Assembly (NCBI GenBank): GCA_020437725.1
Contig: JAGQWA010000002.1
Location: 1 to 35,377, forward strand
Source: Bacteroidota bacterium
GTDB taxonomy: Bacteria > Bacteroidota > Bacteroidia > CAILMK01 > JACPUW01
DNA length: 35,377 nt
Direction of reading: 5' to 3'
In this document: positions 16,164-24,979 of the stretch, in pieces
How the letters are laid out: each line of letters starts with the position of its first letter
Numbering within the stretch: the first letter of the stretch is position 1
The notes under the pieces: generated by a model
What the model was told of the DNA's origin: nothing
What the model saw: the letters and a program-made list of their open reading frames with translations, nothing else
Database searches by the model: none
Translations under genes and position numbers: made by a program

Positions 16164-17665
16164 CTCGGTTAGCAGACTTTTTGGTTATTGATACCTTAAA
16201 AATTAGCAACCTGGTAATAAAACCCAAACGGGTATCAGCTGATTATACAGTTACCAAACCAGATGGTTCTATTGCCACCAATACGCTCTTTTATACCTAC
16301 TCAGAAAAGCTGTTTACCAAAAGCCAAGACGATAAAAACTTGGCGAGCATGATGGTGGCGCAAGTAGCCTTTAACTATGGACTATTCTGCAAAACCATTG
16401 AGTTTGACGGATATTTTGATGCCACTGACCAGGCCTTTATTCAAAGCATGATAGAGAATACGAGCAGAGAAATTATAACCAATAAGCTTCTGGTTGAAAA
16501 CCCTTTTCTGCTGCCGCCTTTTGATGGTTTGCAAATTGAACCCCAAAAGAAATATACCCAAGCCCAAATAGTATTTACCCAAAAAGCCATTTCCACCAAA
16601 AAAGCATTTTTTGAAAATACTGAACCCAATTTCAATAAATACGCCATTTTAAGCAGCGGCGGAAAAGACAGTTTGCTCAGCTACGGACTAATAAAAGAGT
16701 TTGCTGAACCACATCCCATTTTTGTTAATGAAGCGGGCCGGCATTGGTTCACTGCTATTAATTCATACCGACATTTTAAGGAGCACGAACCCAATACAGG
16801 CAAAGCCTGGTGCAATAGCGACCGTATTTTTAACTGGATGCTAAAACAGCTTCCGTTCATTAAACCCAATTACGCTTCTATTAGAGCAGATATTTACCCA
16901 GTACGACTTTGGACAGTTTCGGTGTTTTTATTTGGTGTTTTACCCATTGCCTTAAAAAAAGGACTTGGAAATATTATAGTTGGCGATGAGTATGATACTA
17001 CAGAAAGAAAGACCACCAGCGGCATTACGCATTATAGTGCGCTATACGATCAGAGTAAGTATTTCGACAATGCCTTAACACGCTACTATCATAAAAAAGG
17101 ATGGAACTTGGTTCAATTCTCCATGCTCAGAAGCATGTCAGAGTTATTAATAATGAAAGTACTGCTTAAGCGCTACCCACATTTGCAAATGCACCAAACC
17201 AGTTGCCACGCCGCCCACGAGCACGAAAAACGCATGTACCCCTGTGGCAATTGCGAAAAATGTAGGCGAATTGTGGGCATGATAACTGCATTGGGCGAAG
17301 ACCCAAGAAACTGCGGCTATACTTCAACCCAAATAGACAAGGCATTAGAAAAACTGGCAAATGCCAGCGTAAAACAAATAGGATCAGACGCGGCACAGCT
17401 TTATTATTTATTAGTTAAAAACCAGAAAATACCCCTTAACCAATTCACCCAAAAATTGGCTAAAGAACACCCAAGAGTAATGCAATTGCGATTTGAAAAT
17501 GAGCGCAGTAATTTACAAGATATGCCGGCTCATGTACGCAAACCATTGTTCTCTATTCTAAGCCAATACAGCAATGGCGCCGTTTCTTTATCTAATAAAG
17601 AGTGGGCACCAGTAGAAATTACCGATACTTTTCTTAACCAAACAGCATATAAATTCAATGATTAA
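16160..17665 (+). CDS. PP-loop (adenine nucleotide alpha-hydrolase superfamily) ATPase, QueC-like Zn-Cys cluster, unknown N-terminal domain
   Basis: SGGKDS at residues 166-171 (nt 16655-16672). C-x12-C-x2-C-x2-C at C349/C362/C365/C368 (SCHAAHEHEKRMYPCGNCEKCRR). The GTG start overlaps the upstream stop (GTGA). I recognise no motif in the first 160 aa or so. Confidence 0.65.
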   Translation: MTRLADFLVIDTLKISNLVIKPKRVSADYTVTKPDGSIATNTLFYTYSEKLFTKSQDDKNLASMMVAQVAFNYGLFCKTIEFDGYFDATDQAFIQSMIENTSREIITNKLLVENPFLLPPFDGLQIEPQKKYTQAQIVFTQKAISTKKAFFENTEPNFNKYAILSSGGKDSLLSYGLIKEFAEPHPIFVNEAGRHWFTAINSYRHFKEHEPNTGKAWCNSDRIFNWMLKQLPFIKPNYASIRADIYPVRLWTVSVFLFGVLPIALKKGLGNIIVGDEYDTTERKTTSGITHYSALYDQSKYFDNALTRYYHKKGWNLVQFSMLRSMSELLIMKVLLKRYPHLQMHQTSCHAAHEHEKRMYPCGNCEKCRRIVGMITALGEDPRNCGYTSTQIDKALEKLANASVKQIGSDAAQLYYLLVKNQKIPLNQFTQKLAKEHPRVMQLRFENERSNLQDMPAHVRKPLFSILSQYSNGAVSLSNKEWAPVEITDTFLNQTAYKFND

Positions 17666-18455
17666 CAACATTAAGAAAGACTATTTGTGGGAAACCCAAA
17701 CATGGAAAGAAATAGAAGAGCGACTCAAAATAGTTGATACCGCCATTTTACCATGTGGTGCCATTGAACAACATGGCCCGCATTTGCCAGTTGATGTTGA
17801 TTACTATGATGCCGCCTATATGGCCAAATGTGTTGCCGAAAAATGTGCTGATCCAAAACCATTTGTTCTACCACCAATTCCATTTGGGGTTTCTTACCAT
17901 CATAGCGCATTTAAAGGCACCATTAGCGTTACAAACAATGCACTATCGGCCTTTATTTATGATATAGGAATGAGCCTGGCACATAATGGAATAAGGAAAA
18001 TAGTAATACTAAACGGCCACGGCGATAATAAACCCACACTTACTTATGCCGCACAAATGATTAACCGCGATGCCAAAATTTTTGTTTGCGTTGACACCGG
18101 CGAAACCAGTGATGTTGACCTTTATAATCTCATTAATACGCCTAACGATATTCATGCCGGCGAAATTGAAACCAGTACCACTTTAGCACTGCGCCCCGAT
18201 TTGGTGAACATGGATTTAGCCGTTGACGAAACCCTAGATTTAGATAATGAATATCTAGATTTTACATCTGACCGTGGAGTTAGTTGGTATGTGCATACGC
18301 AACGTATTTCAAACTCAGGCGTAATGGGCAATGCTAAAATTGCCACCGCCGAAAAAGGAAAGCTAATGTGGGATATTTCAATAAAAAAAATGGTAGAATT
18401 TGTTGAGAGCATTAAGAACACTCCACTAGAAAAACTCTACCAAAACCGCTATTAA
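17658..18455 (+). CDS. creatininase family metal-dependent amidohydrolase
   Basis: LPCGAIEQHGPHLPVDVD, ILNGHGDN and IHAGEIETS are the family metal-ligand blocks. The start overlaps the upstream stop by 8 nt (ATGATTAA). Confidence 0.9.
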   Translation: MINNIKKDYLWETQTWKEIEERLKIVDTAILPCGAIEQHGPHLPVDVDYYDAAYMAKCVAEKCADPKPFVLPPIPFGVSYHHSAFKGTISVTNNALSAFIYDIGMSLAHNGIRKIVILNGHGDNKPTLTYAAQMINRDAKIFVCVDTGETSDVDLYNLINTPNDIHAGEIETSTTLALRPDLVNMDLAVDETLDLDNEYLDFTSDRGVSWYVHTQRISNSGVMGNAKIATAEKGKLMWDISIKKMVEFVESIKNTPLEKLYQNRY

Positions 18456-18457
18456 TT

Positions 18458-19522
18458 GTGATACTTTCTAAAGTTGAATACTTTGAGCTAGAACTTGAAA
18501 TGGCTAGCGGCTACACCATTGCTTATGAAACCATAAGCCACGCCAAAAATGTAGTGCTAAAACTAACAACCAACACTGGTTTGGTAGGTTGGGGATGTGC
18601 CGCACCCGACCAAGAAATTACCCACGAAACCAGCCAAACTGTAATAAATAATCTTGAACAGCATATAATACCAATGCTACAAGGGCAAGACCCTTTTCAA
18701 TTGGCATTGTTCAATAAAAAATTAAGAGATACTGGCATAAAAATGCCCTCAGCAATGGCAATGACCAATATTGCCCTGCACGATCTTTTGGCTAGAAAAG
18801 CCCAACTACCACTCTATAAACTAATGGGTGGCTTTAGAAATAAAATTGCTACTAGCATAACAATAGGAATAATGCCTTTGAACGATACCTTGGCATTAGG
18901 AAAAGAATATTGGCAACAAGGCTTTAAAATAATAAAACTAAAGGGTGGAATTGAAGTAAATGAAGACATTGAAAAGATTTTTAAACTTAAAGAAGAACTA
19001 GGTTTTGAATTAATTCTGCGGTTTGATGCCAACCAAGGATACACAGTAGAAGACTCAATAAAATTTATTGAAGCGACTAAACAAGCTGAAATTGAGTTAT
19101 TTGAGCAACCAACTGCCTTTGATAATCTGCAAGCACTAAAGCAGGTAACTAACAGAGTATCAGTTCCTGTAATGGCCGACGAAAGTATTCGCTCACTTAG
19201 CGATGTTTATCATCTTTCTAAACACGATGCCAGCGACATGATAAACATTAAAATAATGAAAGTAGGTGGGCTAACTGAAGCGGCTCACATTAATTCAGTG
19301 GCCAAAGCAGCTGGCATGGAAGTTATGGTGGGATGCCTTGATGAATGTGCACTCGGTATCTCAGCCGGATTGCATTTTGCACTGAGTAGGCCAAACGTAG
19401 AATTTGCTGATTTAGACGGTCATTTAGACTTTACAAACGACCCTTTTAAAAATCTTTTTCAACTAAAAGATGGCTGGCTTTACCCATCTGAGCATGATGG
19501 TTTGGGAAAAGTGGACTTTTAA
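18458..19522 (+). CDS. enolase-superfamily dipeptide epimerase-type enzyme (L-Ala-D/L-Glu epimerase family)
   Basis: IIKLKGG, LRFDANQGYT, ELFEQP, VMADES, INIKIMKVGG and MVGCLDE match the catalytic Lys / metal ligand / second Lys layout of the MLE subgroup. The GTG start is 2 nt after the upstream stop. Confidence 0.85.
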   Translation: MILSKVEYFELELEMASGYTIAYETISHAKNVVLKLTTNTGLVGWGCAAPDQEITHETSQTVINNLEQHIIPMLQGQDPFQLALFNKKLRDTGIKMPSAMAMTNIALHDLLARKAQLPLYKLMGGFRNKIATSITIGIMPLNDTLALGKEYWQQGFKIIKLKGGIEVNEDIEKIFKLKEELGFELILRFDANQGYTVEDSIKFIEATKQAEIELFEQPTAFDNLQALKQVTNRVSVPVMADESIRSLSDVYHLSKHDASDMINIKIMKVGGLTEAAHINSVAKAAGMEVMVGCLDECALGISAGLHFALSRPNVEFADLDGHLDFTNDPFKNLFQLKDGWLYPSEHDGLGKVDF

Positions 19523-19536
19523 ATATCAAAGCAAAA

Positions 19537-19905
19537 ATGAAAGCAATCATTATCATTATTTTACTTTTAATTAGTAATACTTTTATGACATTAGCTTGGT
19601 ACGGACACTTGAAGTTTGCTGACATGAAATGGTTTAGCAAACTTGGTTTAGTATCAATTATTCTTATAAGTTGGGGCATTGCCTTATTTGAATACATCTT
19701 TCAAGTTCCTGCCAATAAATATGGCTTTAATCAAAATGGTGGGCCTTTTTCTCTAATTCAACTAAAAGTAATTCAAGAAATAATTACCCTTGTGGTTTTT
19801 GCAGTGTTCACATTATTGGTGTTTAAATCAGAAACATTTAGAATAAATCATTTAATCTCATTTACATTAATTGTAGGTGCTGTTTACTTTATGTTCAAAA
19901 AATAA
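19537..19905 (+). CDS. DMT-superfamily small membrane protein (DUF486)
   Basis: 122 aa with 4 TM helices. NTFMTLAWYGHLKF ... ISWGIALFEYIFQVPAN ... QLKVIQEIITL matches the DUF486 pattern as I recall it. Confidence 0.8.
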   Translation: MKAIIIIILLLISNTFMTLAWYGHLKFADMKWFSKLGLVSIILISWGIALFEYIFQVPANKYGFNQNGGPFSLIQLKVIQEIITLVVFAVFTLLVFKSETFRINHLISFTLIVGAVYFMFKK

Positions 19906-20903
19906 TTAATTCTAAACTCAGAAGGATTACAACCTTTCCAACGTTTAAAACTGCGATTAAAAGCGGCCGCATCTGTATAACCCAATTGAAAAGCAATTTC
20001 AGTAATGCTTAATTCCTGTTGTTGTAGAAGTCGAATGGCAAAATCTTGTTTCACTTCATCAACCAGCTGCTTAAACACCGTGCCTTCGTTTTTTAATCTT
20101 CGCTGAAACGTTCTTAAGCTCAGGTTTAAATGTGCGGCAACATCATTTATTCCTGGAAAATGGTTTTGCCCTAACCTTATAATCGTTTGCCTAACTTGAT
20201 TAGAGAATTGGGCCTTTTTTCTTGATTTTGAAACTTCTTCAGCATGCTGCACCAAAAGTCTAAGTAATTGATAGTTGGCCGTTATTATTGGCGCTTCAAC
20301 ATGTTCTTTACTTAAATAAATGGCCAGTTCATTTTGGTTGAAAACCACTGGGCATTTAAAAACCCTGTAGTATTCGGTAGCTGAAGCAGGCTCAGGCCAT
20401 GTAACATGAATTTTTTCAGGGCAATGCTTATTAAATGTAAGGCTTAAATATTCCCTTATAGTAAAAGCGATAAGGCCTTCAGTGGTTTGCCTAAAGGCCG
20501 ATTCTGATTCAGTTGGCCAATTGGCAATGGGTTCTATGAGCAATTTGTACCCATTAGGAATAGCAACCAACCGCATGGGCAAATGACTACAACCCAAATT
20601 GGCATATTGGCAACAAAACTGCAGGGCTTGTTCAACCGTGGTACTACTTTGGGTTATTTGTCCTATTAATCCTGAAGCTGAAATATTCATGCTTTCAGCA
20701 CCGTGAAGCCCCAAAAATTCGTCATCAGTTTGGGTTTGGGCCAATTCCATAACCGCATTGTAAGCAGGGCTTTCAATGGTGGTATTCTCTAGGAGAAGTT
20801 CTTCTTTGGTTAAACCCGTTGCCACAATCAAATCTTGCTTATTGGCACCTTGCTCAACGGCAAATTCTATAATGTTGTAAACAAACCTTCCATTAAAAGC
20901 CAT
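19884..20903 (-). CDS. AraC family transcriptional regulator (N-terminal ligand-binding domain + C-terminal HTH)
   Basis: The C-terminal dual HTH reads INDVAAHLNLSLRTFQRRLKNEG ... ITEIAFQLGYTDAAAFNRSFKRWKG. The track ORF starts at the TTG at 20942; the ATG at 20903 (MAFNGRFVYNIIEF) is more likely. The 3' end overlaps the DMT gene by 22 nt in convergent orientation. Confidence 0.9.
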   Translation of the reverse strand: MAFNGRFVYNIIEFAVEQGANKQDLIVATGLTKEELLLENTTIESPAYNAVMELAQTQTDDEFLGLHGAESMNISASGLIGQITQSSTTVEQALQFCCQYANLGCSHLPMRLVAIPNGYKLLIEPIANWPTESESAFRQTTEGLIAFTIREYLSLTFNKHCPEKIHVTWPEPASATEYYRVFKCPVVFNQNELAIYLSKEHVEAPIITANYQLLRLLVQHAEEVSKSRKKAQFSNQVRQTIIRLGQNHFPGINDVAAHLNLSLRTFQRRLKNEGTVFKQLVDEVKQDFAIRLLQQQELSITEIAFQLGYTDAAAFNRSFKRWKGCNPSEFRINYFLNIK

Positions 20904-21018
20904 GCATCGAATGTAGGTAAATCCAGTGGCACCAAATGACAAGTATTTGTCATTCTACGCCAAATGAGTTGGCTGTTCTCGCTTCCACATTTGTATCATC
21001 AAATTAAAACACAAACAA

Positions 21019-21450
21019 ATGCAACATTTAACAACTGAAACCATCATAAACGCGCCAATTGAAAAGGTTTGGAGCATTTTTATTGACTTTGATTCTTATG
21101 CTGAATGGAACCCATTTATTAAATCGATTGAAGGTGAAATGAACGTAGGCAATACGTTAAAAGTGGTGCTTGCTTTAGGAGACAAAAACAGCATATTTAA
21201 GCCTAAACTTTTGAGAAACGAGCCAAACAAGGAGTTTAGATGGAAAGGCAGTCTTGGCCCGGGCGGACTTTTTGACGGTGAGCATTATTTCCTTTTTGAG
21301 CAATTACCTGATGGAACAACCAAATTCATTCACGGTGAAAAATTTTCTGGTTTATTAGTTTGGCCTATAATGAAAATGGTTGGCAAAGACACTCATATTG
21401 GTTTTAATGGCATGAACAAGGCCATAAAGGAAAGGTGCGAAAACAAGTAA
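21019..21450 (+). CDS. SRPBCC domain-containing protein
   Basis: TETIINAPIEKVWSIFIDFDSYAEWNPFI is a typical SRPBCC N-terminus. 143 aa. Confidence 0.8.
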   Translation: MQHLTTETIINAPIEKVWSIFIDFDSYAEWNPFIKSIEGEMNVGNTLKVVLALGDKNSIFKPKLLRNEPNKEFRWKGSLGPGGLFDGEHYFLFEQLPDGTTKFIHGEKFSGLLVWPIMKMVGKDTHIGFNGMNKAIKERCENK

Positions 21451-21455
21451 TGCAA

Positions 21456-23213
21456 CTACGCTTTCTTTTTATAAACAACAAATAGGTAATCTACCTTGTT
21501 GCTTGACTCGTTGGTTATTTTGAATTCAATTGACTTAGTGGTTGTCGCTGAAAAATTCATAAGGTCTAGCCGCACCGCCTTACTATTGATTTTTACATAA
21601 TTACCGGGTTCTACTTTTAACTTGTAGTAGTCTTGAATTAGGCCAATATCTTTTTTATAGTCCGGCTCTATTATAACTAATACCGAATAGTCTTCGCCTT
21701 GCCAAGTTTGCAAATACTGGCTAGTTATGTTTTGCCCGCTTACAAATGATGATCGCTCCAATACCCTTTCATAACCCTTTTTCTTGAATTCAATATCAAA
21801 CTGGTTGGCTAATGTTTTAAAATATACGCCGTTGCTAACCTGAGCATTTGGTTGTTCAACTAGCTCTGATGCCGCATTACTAGTTGCATTCTGCTTCTCA
21901 TTTAGCGGAAGCTGACAGCGAATAATATCATCAGTTTCAGAGAAAGTAGGCCAGTCTTTAAAAATCATGGGCAGAACTTGCCTTCCATCGCGTGTAATTA
22001 AACCCCATCGCCAACCTTCTTCATAACTGGTACTCACGGCCAATAAGTAAGATTCTTGATAAGAGTTTCCATAATGAAATTTTTCACCTAGAATTGGTTG
22101 GGCGTTTTTATCTATGAAAAGCACATCAGCATCACCGCCACCAACTGATACGGGTGCCACACCATTTTCATAAAAGCCCACTGACTCATATTGCAAAGGC
22201 ACCACTTCAATCAGATTTTCGTTTAGAAAACCCCAAACTTCATCAGACTCTTCATTAAGCGCGCTTACGCCACACATACCGTCTCTAAAGCCATCAACAT
22301 CGGCGAATTTCAAATCGGTTTCCTGGCTTAAATCGGCGTTCAAAATCTTCCACCTTTTTTGGCCATTTAATTCTTTCATTAAGGCTATGAATTCGTTTGA
22401 ATGCACTTTAACTTCATCATATTCAAAAGGAAAAATCTGTTTGCCATTTGGGCTGATCATTCCCCATTTATCATCCTTTTTTAACCAAACGCCTTTTGAA
22501 TGTGCTCTAAAGTTTTGATGCTGACATTCGGCAATCTTTTTAAAATTCTGATCTACTAATCCATAGAGATTGTTCTCCTTTATGAAAATAAGACCATTGT
22601 TCATCAAATAAGGCGCAGATGATTGAGATGTTTGCATTGAATCGAGCAACTGACCATTGGAATTCATCTTTATTAAATAGCCATTTAACAAAGCCAAAAC
22701 ACACCCATTTACATGGTAGCCAACATCATTAAACCTTGGTTTAACCACCCATTCTCCTTTTGCATTTATACTACCTACTCTGTTTCCAATTTTAGCCTCT
22801 GCCAAACCATCTCTAAAAAGAAATATGTCATCAAATTTTGGTAAGGTAATTGGCTTTAAATCATCATTAAGCAACCCCTTTAGTGTTGTTTCTTCTCCAA
22901 ATAGAGCAATGGTTTGTTTATAGGTGAATGTGCCATTTTTGTTGTCATATAAATATTCGTAGTTCTCAGAAATTATTTGCCCTTTGTTATTAATTACGGC
23001 ATAGTTTGAACACTTTTTCGATTCAAAATTGTAGTTAAAAACAATAGCTTTCCCCTTTACAAAATCATAACCATGATTCCTGGGCGACTTAAACAGAAAC
23101 TCTCCTTTTGTATTATAATAAACAGTTTGAACTGGTTCGTTGCCAAAAGCTTGGGCTAACGAATAAAATAACAAGAATAACAGAGCTGCTATTCGCTTAT
23201 GAATTAGGTACAT
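21456..23213 (-). CDS. secreted WG-repeat (KWG-like) protein with uncharacterised C-terminal domain
   Basis: Signal peptide. It has repeated W-G-(hydrophobic)-(hydrophobic)-x4-G-x5-P-x-(F/Y)-(D/E) modules, for example WGMISPNGKQIFPFEYDEV, WGFLNENLIEVVPLQYESV and WGLITRDGRQVLPMIFKD. I do not recognise the last 150 aa or so. Confidence 0.75.
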   Translation of the reverse strand: MYLIHKRIAALLFLLFYSLAQAFGNEPVQTVYYNTKGEFLFKSPRNHGYDFVKGKAIVFNYNFESKKCSNYAVINNKGQIISENYEYLYDNKNGTFTYKQTIALFGEETTLKGLLNDDLKPITLPKFDDIFLFRDGLAEAKIGNRVGSINAKGEWVVKPRFNDVGYHVNGCVLALLNGYLIKMNSNGQLLDSMQTSQSSAPYLMNNGLIFIKENNLYGLVDQNFKKIAECQHQNFRAHSKGVWLKKDDKWGMISPNGKQIFPFEYDEVKVHSNEFIALMKELNGQKRWKILNADLSQETDLKFADVDGFRDGMCGVSALNEESDEVWGFLNENLIEVVPLQYESVGFYENGVAPVSVGGGDADVLFIDKNAQPILGEKFHYGNSYQESYLLAVSTSYEEGWRWGLITRDGRQVLPMIFKDWPTFSETDDIIRCQLPLNEKQNATSNAASELVEQPNAQVSNGVYFKTLANQFDIEFKKKGYERVLERSSFVSGQNITSQYLQTWQGEDYSVLVIIEPDYKKDIGLIQDYYKLKVEPGNYVKINSKAVRLDLMNFSATTTKSIEFKITNESSNKVDYLFVVYKKKA

Positions 23214-24189
23214 AATGGCCTTTTTTGTCTTGAACTCCTAATACAATCTTAGATTTTGGCGCCCAGTGAATTTCAATTTCATCACCTGATGCCAATTCAT
23301 CGTATAATGATTTGCTAACTATAACAGAACCATAAGTGGTGTTAAAAGTGTAATGGGTTCTGGCTCTTCGAGTGGTTGAATGTTTATCGGTAATTAAGGC
23401 CTTAACTGTTAGTTTGGTGCTTCTATTTATGTCTCTAGAAACCACATAAGTTTTCTTGAGAATTACGTAGAGTATAATTAGAAATACTATTGGAATTGGA
23501 AATAAAAATAATAACACCGCGTATAGACCAGAAAGCGATAAGCCAAGCATAATGTATGCGAAGAAACCTAGGGCCAAAAGCCTAAATCGCATCCATTGCC
23601 ATAGGTTTTTGCGCAAAACACGTTGGTCTCCAGGCTGCATAATAACTGAAAGTGGTTCGAGATTTTTGTATTTATCAAGGTCTTTTGTAGGTTTTTGAAT
23701 AGAGGGCATTCTCAACTCGCCCGTTGTTCTTATGGCTTTATCTGCCGATGAAAGGTTTATTACCTTAAAAGCAATGTCAGATTTAGGTGCGTAATGAATC
23801 TCAACCAAATCACCGGCTTTGGCTTCTACATACGTAGCAAAATCAACCACATAGCCTTTGCCGCCTATTATCAACGAACGCTTAAACTGCGATGTTTTTC
23901 TTGGAATTCGCGTATGCTTTTCATCTACAAAACCTTTTATAATCTGCTTTTGATCAGACGATAAATCGGCTGAAACGGTATAGATTAAAAAGCCAATTAC
24001 TCCATAAAAGAAAAGGAAAAACACCCCTAAAATTGAAATGGCAACCGTATCGAGCGGAACCATGTTAAAAAAGGCATAGGTGATGGCTGCCAATGGCACT
24101 ATAAATATGAAGTACCCTTTTCGCCGTGTTGAAAGTGTAGCTCTATCGTCTACCGAGAGCCTTTCGGTTCTAATATCTACCTGTTGCAT
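23197..24189 (-). CDS. hypothetical 4-TM membrane protein with internal tandem duplication
   Basis: There are two copies of the module [2 TM helices + soluble domain]. The first soluble domain ends DLVEIHYAPKSDIAFKV and the second ends DEIEIHWAPKSKIVLGV. The gene overlaps the downstream gene by 17 nt. Confidence 0.6.
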   Translation of the reverse strand: MQQVDIRTERLSVDDRATLSTRRKGYFIFIVPLAAITYAFFNMVPLDTVAISILGVFFLFFYGVIGFLIYTVSADLSSDQKQIIKGFVDEKHTRIPRKTSQFKRSLIIGGKGYVVDFATYVEAKAGDLVEIHYAPKSDIAFKVINLSSADKAIRTTGELRMPSIQKPTKDLDKYKNLEPLSVIMQPGDQRVLRKNLWQWMRFRLLALGFFAYIMLGLSLSGLYAVLLFLFPIPIVFLIILYVILKKTYVVSRDINRSTKLTVKALITDKHSTTRRARTHYTFNTTYGSVIVSKSLYDELASGDEIEIHWAPKSKIVLGVQDKKGHYVPNS

Positions 24190-24235
24190 AACCCCTTAAA
24201 CCTGTAGGCGCAAGGTAAAGAAATATGCAAAATCA

Positions 24236-24925
24236 TCATTTATTCTCCACTGGCACGCCCAATAAATAAATAATTTTACCACCCCTCCCATTTGGCAACT
24301 TGCCCGACTCCCAAGTATAGCCTTCTTGTTTAATAGGAGCCACTAATTCGTCTAAATCTTTAGGCGCATATAATTTAAATAATGCAAGAAATCCATCTAT
24401 AAAAGTTACTAGCGGTAGAATTGGAATGATATAAGTAAAAAGTAACCTTTCTAACCTGAATGGTTTTACAAAGGGAGCGGTAAATAAAACGGTTAGTGGA
24501 ACAAAGATGGTCATTCCAACTACTTGCCATAAGCTATCGTTATTACCTTCTACAAACGCCAATGGTTGCCGCTTTTTCGCAATGTGCGTCAGCAAATTTC
24601 TGGCTGATTTAACATCAAGTTGATGCAAGGTGTTTACCATCACGTATAAGCCTTCATTATTAGCATTAAAATTGTCTATTGATGTTCTCCTTATAACTGT
24701 ACTTTTAGAGATATAGGGTTCGAGCGTTTCGAAACCGGCACCAACATTAGATTCAATTGCAACAATTTTATTTGTTGTAGAAAGACCACGTTCAATAACA
24801 GGCATAAATGGCTTTGCCGCTTTTACTTTGCCAACAAACCATGTCATAAATTCATGAATGGAGCTTCTTAAAAAACCAGGAAACCATTTCTGATTCATGA
24901 TTTGCGGCACTTGTTTTCTTTTCAT
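24236..24925 (-). CDS. hypothetical protein with two C-terminal TM helices
   Basis: ORF track. WFPGFLRSSIHEFMTWF at the N-terminus; TM helices VVGMTIFVPLTVLFTAPFV and LLFTYIIPILPLVTFIDGFLALF. I cannot assign a family with confidence. First gene of a 3-gene unit divergent from tetR. Confidence 0.5.
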   Translation of the reverse strand: MKRKQVPQIMNQKWFPGFLRSSIHEFMTWFVGKVKAAKPFMPVIERGLSTTNKIVAIESNVGAGFETLEPYISKSTVIRRTSIDNFNANNEGLYVMVNTLHQLDVKSARNLLTHIAKKRQPLAFVEGNNDSLWQVVGMTIFVPLTVLFTAPFVKPFRLERLLFTYIIPILPLVTFIDGFLALFKLYAPKDLDELVAPIKQEGYTWESGKLPNGRGGKIIYLLGVPVENK

Positions 24926-24945
24926 TCTGTACTTAATTCTTAATT

Positions 24946-24979
24946 TTAGGCCAAATGTACTAATTAATTAGGCCATTTG
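24946..24979. promoter_or_regulatory. candidate TetR operator in the divergent intergenic region
   Basis: ttaggccaaatg (24946-24957) and ttaggccatttg (24968-24979) are direct repeats. The embedded ccaaatg / catttgg form 7-bp inverted arms. The element lies between the divergent starts at 24925 and 24987. Confidence 0.25.
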
